DNA of 37,810 nt. Origin: Lama guanicoe (Eukaryota). Each line of letters begins with the position of its first letter. Position 1 is the stretch's first letter. The notes under the pieces were generated by a model. That model had not been told where the DNA came from. It worked only from the letters and a program-made list of their open reading frames with translations, and did not search any database. Positions 1 through 13,059 of this stretch are shown in pieces. The stretch is from positions 2,302,884-2,340,693 of the forward strand of contig MU053472.1 in NCBI GenBank assembly GCA_013239625.1, written 5' to 3'. The position numbers and the translations under genes were made by a program.

Positions 1-1106
1 TAGACCAGATGGCTTCACTGATGAATTCCATCTAATATTAAAAAGAATTAATATCAATCCTTTTCACACTGATCCAAAAAACTGATGAAGAGAGAACATT
101 TCCTAACTCATTCTAGAGGCCAGCATTGCCCTGATACCAAAGGCAGATAAAAACACTGAGGGCAAAGAAACTACAGACTACCATTCTTCATAAATATTGA
201 TGCAAAAATCCTCAACATATACTAGCAAACAAAATGCAGCAACATACCAAAAGTATTATACATCATGACTAATTGGGATTTCCTCCTGGAATGCAAGAGT
301 TGTTCAACATATGAAAATCCATCAATGTAATACACAACATTAATAGAATGAAGAAAAAAATACATGATCATCTTAATTGATCATCAAAAAAATCATTTGA
401 CAAAATTCAATACCTTTTCATGATAAAAACAGTCAAACTAGGAAGGGAAGGAAGCTTTCTAAACATACTAAAGGTCATATATGAAAAGTCCACTTCTAAT
501 ATCATACACTGTGATAAACAGCTGAAAGCTTTTCTCCTAAAATCAGGAACAAAGATGCCCCAATTTTGCCACTTCAATTAAACAGAGCAATTAGGCATGA
601 AAAAGAAATAAAAGGTATCCAAATTGGAAAAGAAGAAGTAAAACTATCTGTTCACAGATGACATGGTCTTCAATCTAGAAAAACCTAACCCCCCACCAAA
701 TACACATAGACATCACAAACCAAAAACATTTGTTAGAGCTAATAAATGAAATCAGTAAAGTTGCAGGATACAAAATCAGTATGCAAAAATTGGCTCATTT
801 CTATATACTAACAATGAACAACCATAAAAGGAAATTTCTAAGAATACAATTCCATTCACAATATCATCACAAAGAATAGACTATTTAGGAATCAGTTTAA
901 CCAAGGGGTGAAATATTTGTACACTGAAAACTACAAAACTGCTGAAAGAAATGAAAGAAACATAAATAAATGGACAGACATCCAATGTTCATGGACTGGA
1001 ACATTTAACATTATTAATGTGACAATAATACCTTAATCAATTTACAGATTCAGTACAATCCTTAACAAAATCTTTTTTTTTTTTTTGCAGAACAAGAAAA
1101 ACTTAT

Positions 1107-1849
1107 CTTTTTTCAATTGAAGTAGAGTCAGTTACAATGTGTCAATTTCCGGTGCACAGCATAAGCATAATGTCCCTGTCATGCATATATATATATATAC
1201 ATATTTTCATTTTCATATTCTTTTTCATTAAGTTATTACAAGATATTGAATATGTTTCCCTGTGCTATACAGAAGAAATTTGTTTTTTATCTATTTTTAT
1301 ATATAGTGGTTAACATTTGCAAATCTCAAACTTCCAAATTTATCTCTTCCCATCCCCTTTCCCCAGTAACCATAGATTGTTTACAATGTCTGCAAGTCTG
1401 TTTCTTTTGTAGGTGTGTGTATTAGTGGTCTCTTTTTTTCTCTTTTTCTTTTTCAGGTTCTACATATGAGTGATATCATATGGTATTTTTCTTTCTCTTT
1501 CGGGCTTACTTCACTTAGAATGACGATCTCAGGCCCATCCAAGTTGCTATAAACAGCATTATTTTATTGCTGAGTAGTATTCCATAAATATACTACAGCA
1601 TCTTTATCCAGTCATCTGTAAATGGTCATTTAGTTTGCTTCCATGTCTTGGCTATTGTAAATAGTGCTGTGTGAATACTGGGGTGCATGTATCTTTTTGA
1701 ATTAGAGTTCCCTCCAAATAGATGCCCAGGAATGGGATTGCTCAATCATAGGGTAAGTCTATTTTAAGTTTTTCTGAGGAATCTCTATATTGTTTTCCAT
1801 AATAGCTACACCAAACTACATTCTCACCAGCAGTGTAGGAGGGTCCCCT
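1107..1849 (-). mobile_element. 5'-truncated younger L1 3' end, nested antisense in the older L1
   Basis: T-tract then reverse L1 3' UTR/ORF2 end; TSD AAGAAAAACT(T/C)AT at 1094-1106 and 1850-1862. Confidence 0.85.
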
Positions 1850-2339
1850 AAGAAAAACTCATATGAAAATTCATATGGAATCAAAAGGGATCCCAAATAG
1901 CCAAAACAATCTTGAAAGAAAAAGAACAAAGTTGGAGGACTCACTTCTCTTAATTTCAAAACTTACTACAAAGATACAGCAATCAGTGTTCTACTGGCAT
2001 AAGGACAGACATATAGACTAATGGAATAGAATAGGGGGCCCAGAAATAAGCCCTTGCATATATGGTCACCTGATTTTCAATTAGGGTGCCAAGACCATTC
2101 AATGAGGAAAAGGAATCTTTTCAACAAACGATGCTGGGAAAACTGGATAGAACATATTAAAAAAAAAAAAGTTAAACCTTACCTACTATATATAAATTAT
2201 CTCAAAATTATCAAACACTTAAGTGTAAGACCTGAACTATAAAACTATTTGAAAAAAACATAGAGCAAAATATTCAGGACATTGGTTTTGGCAATGATTT
2301 CTTGTATACGAAACCAAAAGCACAGGTAACAAAGAAAAG

Positions 2340-3216
2340 ACATTCAGATGGCCAATAGGCACATGAAAAGATGCTCAGTATTGTTATTAGAGAAATGCAA
2401 ATCAAAATTACAATGAGGTGTCACCTCACACCAATGAGAATGGCCATCACTAAAACGTTCACAAATAATAAATGCTGGAGAGGGTGTGAAGAAAAAGGAA
2501 CCCTCCTGCACTGTTGGTGGGAATGTAAATCGGTGAAGCCACTATGGAGGACAGTATGGAGGGTTCCTTAAAAAACTAAAAATAGACTTACCATATGATT
2601 CAGCAATCCCACTCCTAGGCATATATCTGGAGAAAACTATAATTCGAAAAGACACACGCACCCTAAGGTTCGCAAGAGCGCTATTTACAATAGCCAAGAC
2701 ATGGAAACAAGCAAAATGTCCATTGATAGATGACTGGATAAAGATGTGGTATATATAAACAAAGGAATATTACTCAGCTATAAAAAAGAATGAAATAATG
2801 CCATTTGCAGCAACATGGATGGACCTAGAAATTATATTAAGTGAAGTAAGTCTGAGAAAAACAAGTATCATATAACATCACTTATATGTGGAATCTAAAA
2901 AAAAAAAAGATACAAATTCTATTTACAAACCAAAAACAGACTCATGAACATAGAAAAGAAACTATGGTTCCCAAATGGGAAAGGGCGGGGAAGGATAAAT
3001 TAGGGGTTGGGGATTAACAGACATATGTTACTATACATAAAATAGATGAACAACAAGGACCTACTGTGTAGCACAGGGAACTATATTCAACTTCTTGTAA
3101 TAACATAATGGAAAAGAATCTGAAAAGAAAAATATATATGTATGTATATGTATTATTGAATCACTTTGCTGTACACCTGAAACTAACATTGTAAATCAAC
3201 TAAGCTTCAATAAAAA
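2340..3216 (+). mobile_element. 5'-truncated L1 3' end nested in the older L1
   Basis: ORF2 C-terminus ([15 protein letters not shown]...HCWWEC) and 3' UTR ending cttcaataaaaaa. Confidence 0.85.
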
Positions 3217-4619
3217 ATTATTAGAAAAATGTTTTAAATCTCAAAGCAAAAAAATATATATAGTATTAGTGCTGATAAAATATTTAGCTTTTAAATAATA
3301 AATTTAATATAAGGAACTGTGTTTATTTATTAATGGCAGTTGCAAGGAGATTGGTGGGAGTTGCACTGAAGTGTACTGTTGTAATTTTACAAAGCATAGT
3401 AATTACTGTAATATTTTATTGAATTATTAATATCTACTATGGCTGCAGAAACATAAGCTTCTGCAGTCAAATTCATTTTAAGATTTCCTTTTTCCTCTTA
3501 AAAAAGAAACCACAAACCACACCCCAAGAAAACAAAACAAAAAAAGAAAAGCATAGAATTAAACTTAATCAAAATTTAATAAAAAACATTCATGTGTCAA
3601 AACACACTATTAAGAAAGTGAAGAGGTAAGCCACAGAATGGGAAAAAAAACTAGCAAGTCATTTACCTGGTAAGAGATTAATATCCAGAATGTATAAAGA
3701 ATTCCTACAACTCAAAAACAAATAATCCAATTAAACAATGGGCAGAGGACTTTGAATAAATATTTCTCCAAAGAAGAGACAGAAATGATCAATAGGCACA
3801 TGAAAAGATGCACAACTTCATTAATCATTAGGAACATGCAAATCAAAACTACAGTGAGATACCACCTGATACCCAATAGGATGGCTACATCAAAAAGGCA
3901 GAAATTAAGTGTTGGCAAGGATGTGGAGAAATTGGAATACTCGTACATTGCTAGTGAAATGTAAAATGGTACAGCCACTATGGAAAACAGTTTGGCCATT
4001 CCTCCAAAAATTATAAACATAAAATTACCATATGATATAGCAATTCCCCTCCTAGGTGTACCATCAAAAGAACCAAAGGCAAGGACTCAGACAGCTGTAT
4101 ATCAATGTTCATAGCAGCCTTACCCACAATAGCCAGAAGGTGGAAACAACTCAAGCATCTATCAACAATGAAGAGATAAAGTAGTAAATACATCCAATGA
4201 AATAATATCCAGCCATAAAAAAGTGAAATTCTGATAACATGGTACAATGTGGATGATCCTGAAAACATTACGGTAAATGAAATGAGCCAGACACAAAAGG
4301 ACAAATATGGTATGATTCCATTTTTATGAGGTGCCCAGAATAGACAAATTCAAAGAGGAAGTAGAATAGTAGTTGTCAGGGTCTGAGGGGAGGAGAGAAT
4401 GAGGAGTTATTATTCAATGAATACAGAGTTTCTGATTAGGATGATGAAAATGTTTTGGAAATGGGTAATAGTGATGGTTGTACAATGCTGCAAATGTTCT
4501 TAAAGACACTGAATTGTACAATTAAAAATGATTAAATGGCAAGTTTTATGTCATATATATTTTACCACCATTTTATAAGTGAAAAAAATATAAACGCACC
4601 CTCACATGCATAAAAAAAT

Positions 4620-4985
4620 TAGTAACACATGTATCAACAAGGATACATACAAATCTGTAGATATTAGGTTAAAAAAGCAAGCTATAGATAAACAACACAC
4701 AAATGATTTCATTTATATGAAGTTCAGAAACGATATATTATTTAAGAGTATATAATATATAATTACATATACATATATACTATTTTTAAAAAAACAAGCA
4801 AAACTAATCTCTACAGATGGGAGAACATGATTGTGAAGGGGCACATGCAGACCTCTAATACACAAGTAACGTTCTACTTCTTAAGCTGAGTGGTGGGTCT
4901 TCTATGTTCATTTTTTTATATTTAAAACGTGCATATATTAGTTTTATACACTTATTTGCACGTTATATTTTACAATTAAAAACAT
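4620..4985 (+). mobile_element. Ancient L1 (L1ME-like) 3' UTR fragment
   Basis: atgatttcatttatatgaagttc and ttcttaagctgagtggtggg motifs. Confidence 0.5.
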
Positions 4986-5914
4986 AAAGACTGAACAACA
5001 TTACTCTGGTATTAATGGGGATGAGTTAGAGGAGGAGTTAGACTGGGTACATTTAGGTTAGTAATACAATAATCCAGAGATAGATGTAGCTTGAATTAGA
5101 ACATGTTAAAAAATTATACAAAACCTGAGAGTAAAGCGAAAAAACAACAAAATAAAACAGCATAACCTGTCAATTTCATATGAAGGCAAAGGTCCATCCA
5201 AGGATTGAACAGTGAAATGTACTTTATTGAACTCACTGTATACTGTTGATTAAGAGCCAGACTTATTGAAATTACTTTTTTTTAAATTGAAGTACAATCA
5301 ATTACAATGTGTCAATTTCTGGCGTACAGCACAATGTCCCAGTTATGCGTGTACATACATGTATTAACATATATTTTTGTCCAGTAGAAATGCAAATGAT
5401 TTCTGTCCAAGAGGAAAGATAACCTCAAAGGTTACAGTTTATCGACAGAGTACATTAACCAGATTTGTATTCAGGCCTGTGATCTTATATTCTATTCCTT
5501 TATTAAGTTGCCTATAAGTACAAAGCTCCTTAAATGATCCCTGAATTCGCTTTAATATCATACTCATTCCCTCATTAATCAATAAATTGAATAAATTCTT
5601 TGACAGGTGTTCACTCTACATTTAATGCGAGTCATGATTTCACCTTTTTGAAATTATACTGTAGAAGAAGAAAAGTAAACAGATTATAAAAATATTTAAA
5701 ACTTAAAATGAACAAAGTGTGATATTAGATTGAATATGATAGGAAAGGGAGAAAAAGAGTCATAGATGCCCCCTAGTTATCTGATTAGTCCAAATATAAA
5801 CTGTGGTACCATTCACTCATAAAAGCAACACTGGAAAAGGAGGAAAGATTATAATTTTGACACTTTTGAAATACTCATATTGATATGTTGATCTAGCAAT
5901 GGAATATATGGGTG

Positions 5915-7490
5915 TGTGATATTTATATATATTTGACATCTTTATCCCTGTTTCTATTGTACAGAGCTTCTAAAACTTCTGGGATTTCCTGAGCAATAAG
6001 AGCTATAGGGGAATCATTTGTTCTCAGTTCCTGAAACAGCTCCAGAGTCGCAAAGGTGAAATGATTTATTCACAGCAAGCCCCTTTCAACCACACCTGAG
6101 TGCATGTTAATCGGGTGACTCTTGGCCAGCCCACAAATAATCTAAGGATGGTGGCTGGTTGCCAGGGGAACTGTGATATTGTGATTTATAAGAAAAACAT
6201 ATTTTGGTTATTCAGATAATCAAATATATTGCTCATACATGTATGGTCTTCATCCACTGCTCCTGGCTCACAGGTTCCCTAACTTTAGGAATTTCCTAAG
6301 TGCTATAATAAAGATGTCTTATGTTAATGAGGTGACTTTTGGAAAGCACCTAAGGATAGGAGCTCGTTGTCAATGGGGCCAACCATGTGATCAGAGGGAT
6401 GAAGCTTTCAGTTCCACCCCTTCTGTTGTTAGGGACCCTGCCCTACTATCTCTCTATCTGGTTTCCGATTAGTATCCTTTAAAATCCTTTTATAATAAGT
6501 TGGTAATCTAGTGAGTAAACAAGTTTTCCTGAGTTCTGTGAGCTGTTCTAGCAAATTAATCGAATCCAAGGAATGGGTCATAGAAACCTCTGGTGCACAG
6601 CCAATCTGTTAGAACTACAGGTAACAACCTGGGGTTGTGAGTGGTGTCAGAAATGGAGGGTGGGCTTGTGGAATGGAACCCTTTACCTGTGGAATCTCAT
6701 TCTGTCTCTGGGTAGACAGTGTCAGAATTGAGTTGAATTCTTGGCTATCCTGCCAGTGTCCAAGAATTGCTTGTTGGTGTAGGCAAGCTTAAACACAGAG
6801 ACAGATAGACAGACACACACACATACACACACACACACTTTCGGTACATCCCTGACCTCCAGGGAGAGGAAAGGGGCTAGAGGTTGAGTCACCTGCCAAT
6901 GGCCAATGCTTTAACCAATCATGCCTATGTAATGAAGCCTACGAGAAAACCAAAAAGAATGGAATCCAGAGAGCTTCTGGGTTAGTGAATGCATCCACAT
7001 GTCAGAGGGTTGGTATACCCCAGTTCTATGAGGACAGAAGCTCCTGTGCTTGGGTCCCTTCCAGACCTCACGCCATATACTTCATGTGGCTGTTCATTTG
7101 TATCTTTTATAATATCCTTTATAATAAACTGGTAAATGTAAGTCAGTGTTTCTCTGAGTTCTGTGAACCACTCTAGCAAATTAATTGAACTTGAGGAAGG
7201 AGTTGTGGGAGCCTCCAATTTATAGCCTGTCAATCAGATACACAGGTAACAACCTGTACAGATGAAATTGGTGTGCGATATGGGGGCAGTCTTGTGGGAT
7301 GGAGCCCTTAACCTCTGGTATCTGATGCCATGCTCTAGGTAGATACTGTCATAATCGAGTTAAACCGAAGGACATTGTGCTGGTGTCACAGAATGCTTGA
7401 TGTACTGAAACCCACATATCAGGTGTCAGAAACTGTGCTGTAGCAGATTACTGAGAGTAAAGGAGACACAAACAGCTGTTTTTTCTTTCG
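5915..7490 (+). mobile_element. MER21-like ERV LTRs: one copy (~6172-6837) nested in another, both within an L2 remnant
   Basis: Two tgtgatatt... LTR starts (~5915 and 6172) and duplicated internal blocks (ctgagttctgtga..ctagcaaattaat at ~6530 and ~7155). Confidence 0.7.
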
Positions 7491-7619
7491 AGTGTAGTAC
7501 TCAGAGGTCACAATTGAATTATAAATTGAGAATCCAAGACAACAGATGTTACTAAAAAAATGAACATAGACGAGATTGACCAGCAGTAGAGTACAAATTT
7601 TTTTTAAAAAGCCCAGCAA

Positions 7620-8600
7620 GAAAATCTTATTCCCTCTCTTTCTATCATACTGCACATCCAATCCATCAGCAAATTCTGCCGGCACTACTTTCAAATGATA
7701 TCTAGACTCCAAATACTGCTACCACAGTGGTCCAAGCCACCACCACCTCTCACGTGAGTTCCTACAGTAGACTCTTACACAGTCACTTTGCTTCTCCTTA
7801 GGCTCTCTACAGTCCATTTTCCATCTAGCAGCCAGCACAGTCCTTTTAAAATTAAGTCTAAAACCTCCAATGGCTTCCTATTGCATTCAGAATAAAATCC
7901 AGATCCTTACCGAGGCTCAATTGTACCCCAGCTACTTCTCTGCTGTCATGCTCTGTTATACTCACCTGACCCCTCCTCCGCTCCAGCCAGAGTAGCCTTA
8001 CTGTGGATCAAACAAACCAGGCACTCTTCTACCACAGGGTTCTCTCTGTCTGAACATTATTCCCTTAGATCAGAGCGGTTTGCTTCCCCACTTCCTTTTA
8101 GGGTTTGCTCAATGTCACCTTCTCTAACAAGCCCCCCAGAGTCTCCTAGTGAGATTCTCTTGCAGGCCTGCAGACGGCCACCTTGCTTTTCCTCTGGGCT
8201 CACACGGCGTGGGGGAAAGAGAAAGATTTCTGGCACCTCTTTTTATAGGGACACTAATGCTACCAGATCAGGGCTCTACCCTTATGACCTCATTTACCCT
8301 TAATTACTTCCTTAGAGACCCCATTTCCAAATACAGCCACACTGCAGGTTAGGGCTTCAACACTTGAATTTGGGAAGGACACAAACATTCAGTCCACGAC
8401 ACCAACATTCAGTCCATGACACCATCTACTATGTTACTATCTTTCTATGTGTCTGGTTTATTTTCTCTCACCCCTGGAATATAATCTCCATAAGGACAAT
8501 GATTTTTGTTTTGCTCACTGCTAATTGTCCAGTACCTAGAACAGCACCTGACATGTAGAAAGTATGCAATAACTATTTGTTGAATGAATTTAATAAATGA
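7620..8600 (+). mobile_element. L2 3' fragment interrupted by an MLT1-type LTR piece (~8140-8420)
   Basis: catccaatccatcagcaa and terminal ...tatttgttgaatgaat L2 motifs; MLT1 motif ttagggcttcaaca..gaatttgg..gacacaaacattcagtcca. Confidence 0.7.
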
Positions 8601-8634
8601 ATTTTAAAAAGAAGGTTCAAAAGAACAGAAGGTC

Positions 8635-8752
8635 AGGGAGTGGAGAGTGGGTACAGCTCAGTGGTAGAGAGCGTGCTTAGCATGCATGAGGTCCTGGGTT
8701 CAATCCCCAGTATCTCCATTAATGAAAACAATATAATAAAATAAAATTTAAA
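8635..8752 (+). mobile_element. tRNA(Ala)-derived SINE (camelid Vic-1-like)
   Basis: A box (agctcagtggtaga), B box (ggttcaatccc), A-rich tail; TSD aaaagaac(a/g)gaaggtc at 8619-8634 and 8753-8768. Confidence 0.8.
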
Positions 8753-8937
8753 AAAAGAACGGAAGGTCGGGGGTAGGGGTAAGAAGGGAAAAAATTAAAA
8801 AACCTGTAACGTCAGTGCCAAAGTCATTAATAAAAGAGCATCCACGTGATTTGTAAGATGTCGATAAAGGTGAAGGGGAAAGGATGACATGATTAAAAGA
8901 CATGAGCTCAGAGACGAGTTTTTCTTGATGATTTTCT

Positions 8938-9001
8938 CTCTTTCCTTCCTTCCTTCCTTGCTTCTTTTTTTCCCTTCCTGCCTGCTTCCCTTCCTTCCTT
9001 C
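8938..9001 (+). repeat. Imperfect (CTTC)n simple repeat
   Basis: tttccttccttccttccttg...ttccttcctt seen directly. Confidence 0.8.
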
Positions 9002-9040
9002 AGAAAAAATGGAGAGAGCAAAATTACAAAGAGCAATGGA

Positions 9041-9254
9041 TGGGATTTCAAAATTGTAGAATAGATAAACAAGATTACACCGTATAGCACAGGGAAATAT
9101 ACACAAAATGTTATGATAACTCATAGAGAAAAAAATGTGACAATGAGTGTGTATATGTCCATGAATGACTGAAAAATTGTGCTGAACACTGGAATTTGAC
9201 ACAACATTGTAAAATGATCATAAATCAATAAAAAATGTAAAAAAAAAAAAAAAG
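9041..9254 (+). mobile_element. Young L1 3' tail (214 bp)
   Basis: Near-identical to ~20235-20450; poly(A); perfect 13-bp TSD AAAGAGCAATGGA (9028-9040, 9255-9267). Confidence 0.9.
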
Positions 9255-11944
9255 AAAGAGCAATGGAAAGTAAATAGGATACCAAACCTGAGGTACTCCA
9301 GAGAAAAAAGCAGTCACAACATGAAAGGGCTGATAAGGAAATGACATGGCCTCTGGGTACACCTAGATTTCAGTTCAGGTAAGGAGGTACAAGGAACACT
9401 GAAAAAACAAAACAAAAACAAAACAAAAAAATGGGGTGGGGGAATTTGATAACTATGAGACAACATTTCCATAGGACACAATGTGTTTATTTTTAACTCG
9501 TCAGTGAAGATTTTAAAAAATACCTTAAAGGTCTTCTGTTCAGGATTATACAAGGGCAACATGCAAATGGAATGCAACTCAGCAGCAAAAACATACTGAT
9601 TATTTTGGTGAAAATGGTCTGTGGCAAGTTTTCAGTTTTAAGCAAAAAAAAAAAAAATTAGGTCTACAGCTTTTCCATTCTCACTGCAGGTGACACTCAT
9701 ATTGTACATCTTAATTACTTCCCCCTTGCCAGAAAACTCATACAAATACAAACAACTAAACTCAGATACCTCAACTGACTTTTGAATTTTAAGTCTCCCC
9801 ACTAGGTACCTAATCATCAAATAACTTAAAGGAAAGGACACTGACACAATCATCGCTCAGGTTTTAAGACTTACATATATGAAAAACTATCTCTGTTATG
9901 AAACAGTTTACTTAGCTCATAAACAACAAATACTATTCACATAGACAGAGACTAGCCTACACACAGTGATACAGATGATACAGGGGATATAAGCTACTAA
10001 CTGACGTTCACATCACTTGGATTTGGTAACTTAAGAAACTTTTTTTTTTTTTTGAGCCAGATCTCACAAATTAAAAGACACTTTGGAATGTTTATGCCTT
10101 ATCTGGATATTGTCATTTTACTTTTTCAAACTTCTTAAAACCAGTATCTCACCAGGGAGGCAGTAAGTCAGAATGCAACCTAGTGGGGAAATCCTGCACT
10201 TGCTCAATGTCCATAGCTTTTACACAGTTCCAGATGTTCAGTACAATAATAATGCACTAACTCAAAGCCTCTTTTTGAAACTTTAGAAAGTGCAAATTGC
10301 ATTAAGACCTCTTTGCCCTCATTAATGGTATTGTTACAATCCCAGTCCTCTGGAAAATGTTTTTTGGCATGTGTTTAATTTTATAATATCGCCATTTACT
10401 CACTTTAACAGCCGGTACTCAAGTCTTAATGCTTTTAATAGGCCTGCCTAAACTGACTACCATCTTTTGTAATCTTTTTCACATAATTTATTTCACAGGT
10501 AAAACCCGTCATATTTTTCCATCTAAAGATGATTCTTCACATTCATTTCATGAAGTACTAATATTTAAGAAATGTCTACTTTCTTTTACTCGGTATGTAT
10601 CCTATAGGTGACATATGTTAGGAATAACATACAGTTCCTTTCAAATAGTAATAAAAATTGAAAATAAGTAGTAGTTTCTTTATTATACTTTAAATTACAG
10701 CAAAAATGGGTATATCCTTAATTCTTGCTGTATTCAAAAGTAAAATATGAGAAAATCAAAACATTAACTTCTATTGAACTAACTTCCTATGCTCTAGCTA
10801 TCTGGTGATACCTGACTTCACACCCTCACCTCAAGAGGCCGGGGGTTAGCTCAGGATCAAACTGTCAATGAATATACATGCAGCCAGTAATGCACTAGGA
10901 GGAGTAGTACGGAAGAATGCTGTCCCGAAGTGAAAGCGAGATCCCTCGCAGCTGCTGGCTGTCTATGTAGAAGTGAAAGGTCCTATATTCTCTGACAAGG
11001 AGTATTCCCTCTTATAAATTTGTTGAAAGAATGAGGACGATGAAAATCTAGAGCTGCACTACCGATACTGATATGCTTATTTACAGAGCCACTTACTCAT
11101 ACATTTTAATAAAAATACACAATACTTACAAATGTAAAACTTTACAAATAAAACTGAATTTTAGAAATAACTCATACATTTCTTCACCGACTTTGTTGAA
11201 ATCTCTTGAAAAGAAAATAATAAGAACCCAATAGCTATTATGCATGGGACAAATTCTTAACTCTCTAAAACATGAATTCTGAATTTCTGTTGATTGATCA
11301 ACATAGTTGGTTTATCAATGTCTGAAGTAACCGTTTGGTTAAAATGTATGTATTTGACCAGTTTTACTACTAGTCAAGAAGTATTAGCTTAGTAAATGTC
11401 ATCTGAAATCTGAAAGAATAAATTTTATTCACACAAATTTATTTACATGTTTCATATCTTACCTAAGTAGGTTAATTATAGTTTAAAGGTGGGGGGGCGA
11501 CTCTTTCTATCCCTCTGTAAAAAGGCTAATAATTAAACTAAATGAGGTCAGTACATCTGTATTATTAGAATCTAAGGTAGAATCTAGGCTGAGAAAAGAA
11601 AATGAATAGAAATAACCACAATAATTTTGCTAAAAGTTACTACTTTCAGGTATTGCCAACCTGAAGCTGCTGTAAACCTATTGCTATAAAACTGGAAGGT
11701 GAATGCTTTGGAAAAAATACCACTTCACAATCCAGTGGAGAAGACCTAAGAGAAAAACGCTTAAAATACAATGTGGTAAGTGCTATTGTAGATGTATCTG
11801 GCTAGGGAGAGGAAAGAGTGACTAATTTTGCCTCAGGGTCAAGGATGGTTTAATAGAATAAACTTTTGAGCTGGACAGAGAGTATAAAATTCCTGGATAA
11901 TAAAATAGTCAGAGTGGATTTTGAACAGACACAACACTATGAAA

Positions 11945-12863
11945 CACTATTGCTACATAACAAATTACCCACAAACCTAGTGACTTGAAACAAGATTCAC
12001 TTTTAAAAATAATTTTTTAAATTGTGGTAAAATATACATAAGTGTATAGCTCAATAATGTTAAGTACATTCACATTATTGTACAACCAATCTCCAAAACT
12101 CTATTCATCTTGCAAAACTAAAACTATACCCATTAAACAGCTCACTCCCCTCTTCCCCCAGCCCCTGGCAACTACCCTTCTACTTTCCGTCTCTATGAAT
12201 TGACTACTCTAGATCTCTCATACAAATGGAATCAAACAATGTTTGTCTTTCTGTGACTGGCCAATTTCACTTAGCATAATATCCTCCATGCTGCAGCATA
12301 AAACAGCATTCATTTTATTATCTCGGTTTCTATAGGTCAGAAGTCCAGGCACAGCAAAACTGGGTGCTCTGCTCAGTCTCACTGAGCTGAAATGAAGGTG
12401 TCTGCTGGGGATGCAGCTGTCATCTGGGACTTGGGGTTCTCTTCCAAGGTCACTGGTTGTTGGCAGAATTTATTTCCTACTGGCTGTAGGACAACTGCTC
12501 CCATTTTTCTGCTAGTCGTTGGCTAGGACTGCTCTCTGCTCAAGGGTTCCTTGTCATGTGCCCCACCTCCCACCAATCAGTTCACAGCACAGACATCTGC
12601 TTTTCTCCAGGTCAGCTAGATATTATTCCTTTCTGGCTTTCTCTTCTGCAAAGAGCTCAAGAAAACTCTCTGCTTTTAAAGGGCTCATGTGATTAGATCA
12701 GAGCAAGCTAAATAATCTCCCTATTCTAAGGTCAACCGACTTCATTTGTAAAATCCGTCCACAGCAGTACCTAGATTAGTATTTGATTGAATAAATGAGG
12801 GAAGGAGTGTGTACACCGGGAGTTAGGAATCGTGGGGGGCCATCATGGAATTCTGCCTACCGT
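11945..12863 (-). mobile_element. MLT1-type MaLR LTR interrupted by a minus-strand L1M 3' end (~12001-12300)
   Basis: ttgctacataacaaattaccc start and gaattctgcctacc end; inner L1 tail flanked by aaacaagattca / aaacagcattca. Confidence 0.7.
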
Positions 12864-13059
12864 ATCTATGTAGGAATGAAAATACGTGGCCGCTCAAGGC
12901 ACTCATAACAATACAATATACCTTATAAATAGGTGTATGTAGGATGAGGGAATGCTAGGGGCCATAACGCGTAAGGCTAACCAAGGCCTCTAGGAAATAC
13001 AGAAGGTTTTAAGCTCTATATTTCGGAAAACTGGGAATTACTAAAGTTTTTAATTTTTG

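Larger units (their letters stand above)
1..4590 (+). mobile_element. Old, degenerate L1 (L1MB-like) ORF2 3' half plus 3' UTR, interrupted by two younger L1 insertions
   Basis: Decayed RT-region motifs at 1-1090, 1850-2335 and 3541-4300; L1MB-type 3' UTR ending near 4580. Confidence 0.85.

Noticed and set aside
8645..8718. tRNA-Ala gene
   Set aside because: Degenerate stems, an A-rich tail and a TSD show it is a SINE; the same applies to 21027-21118.
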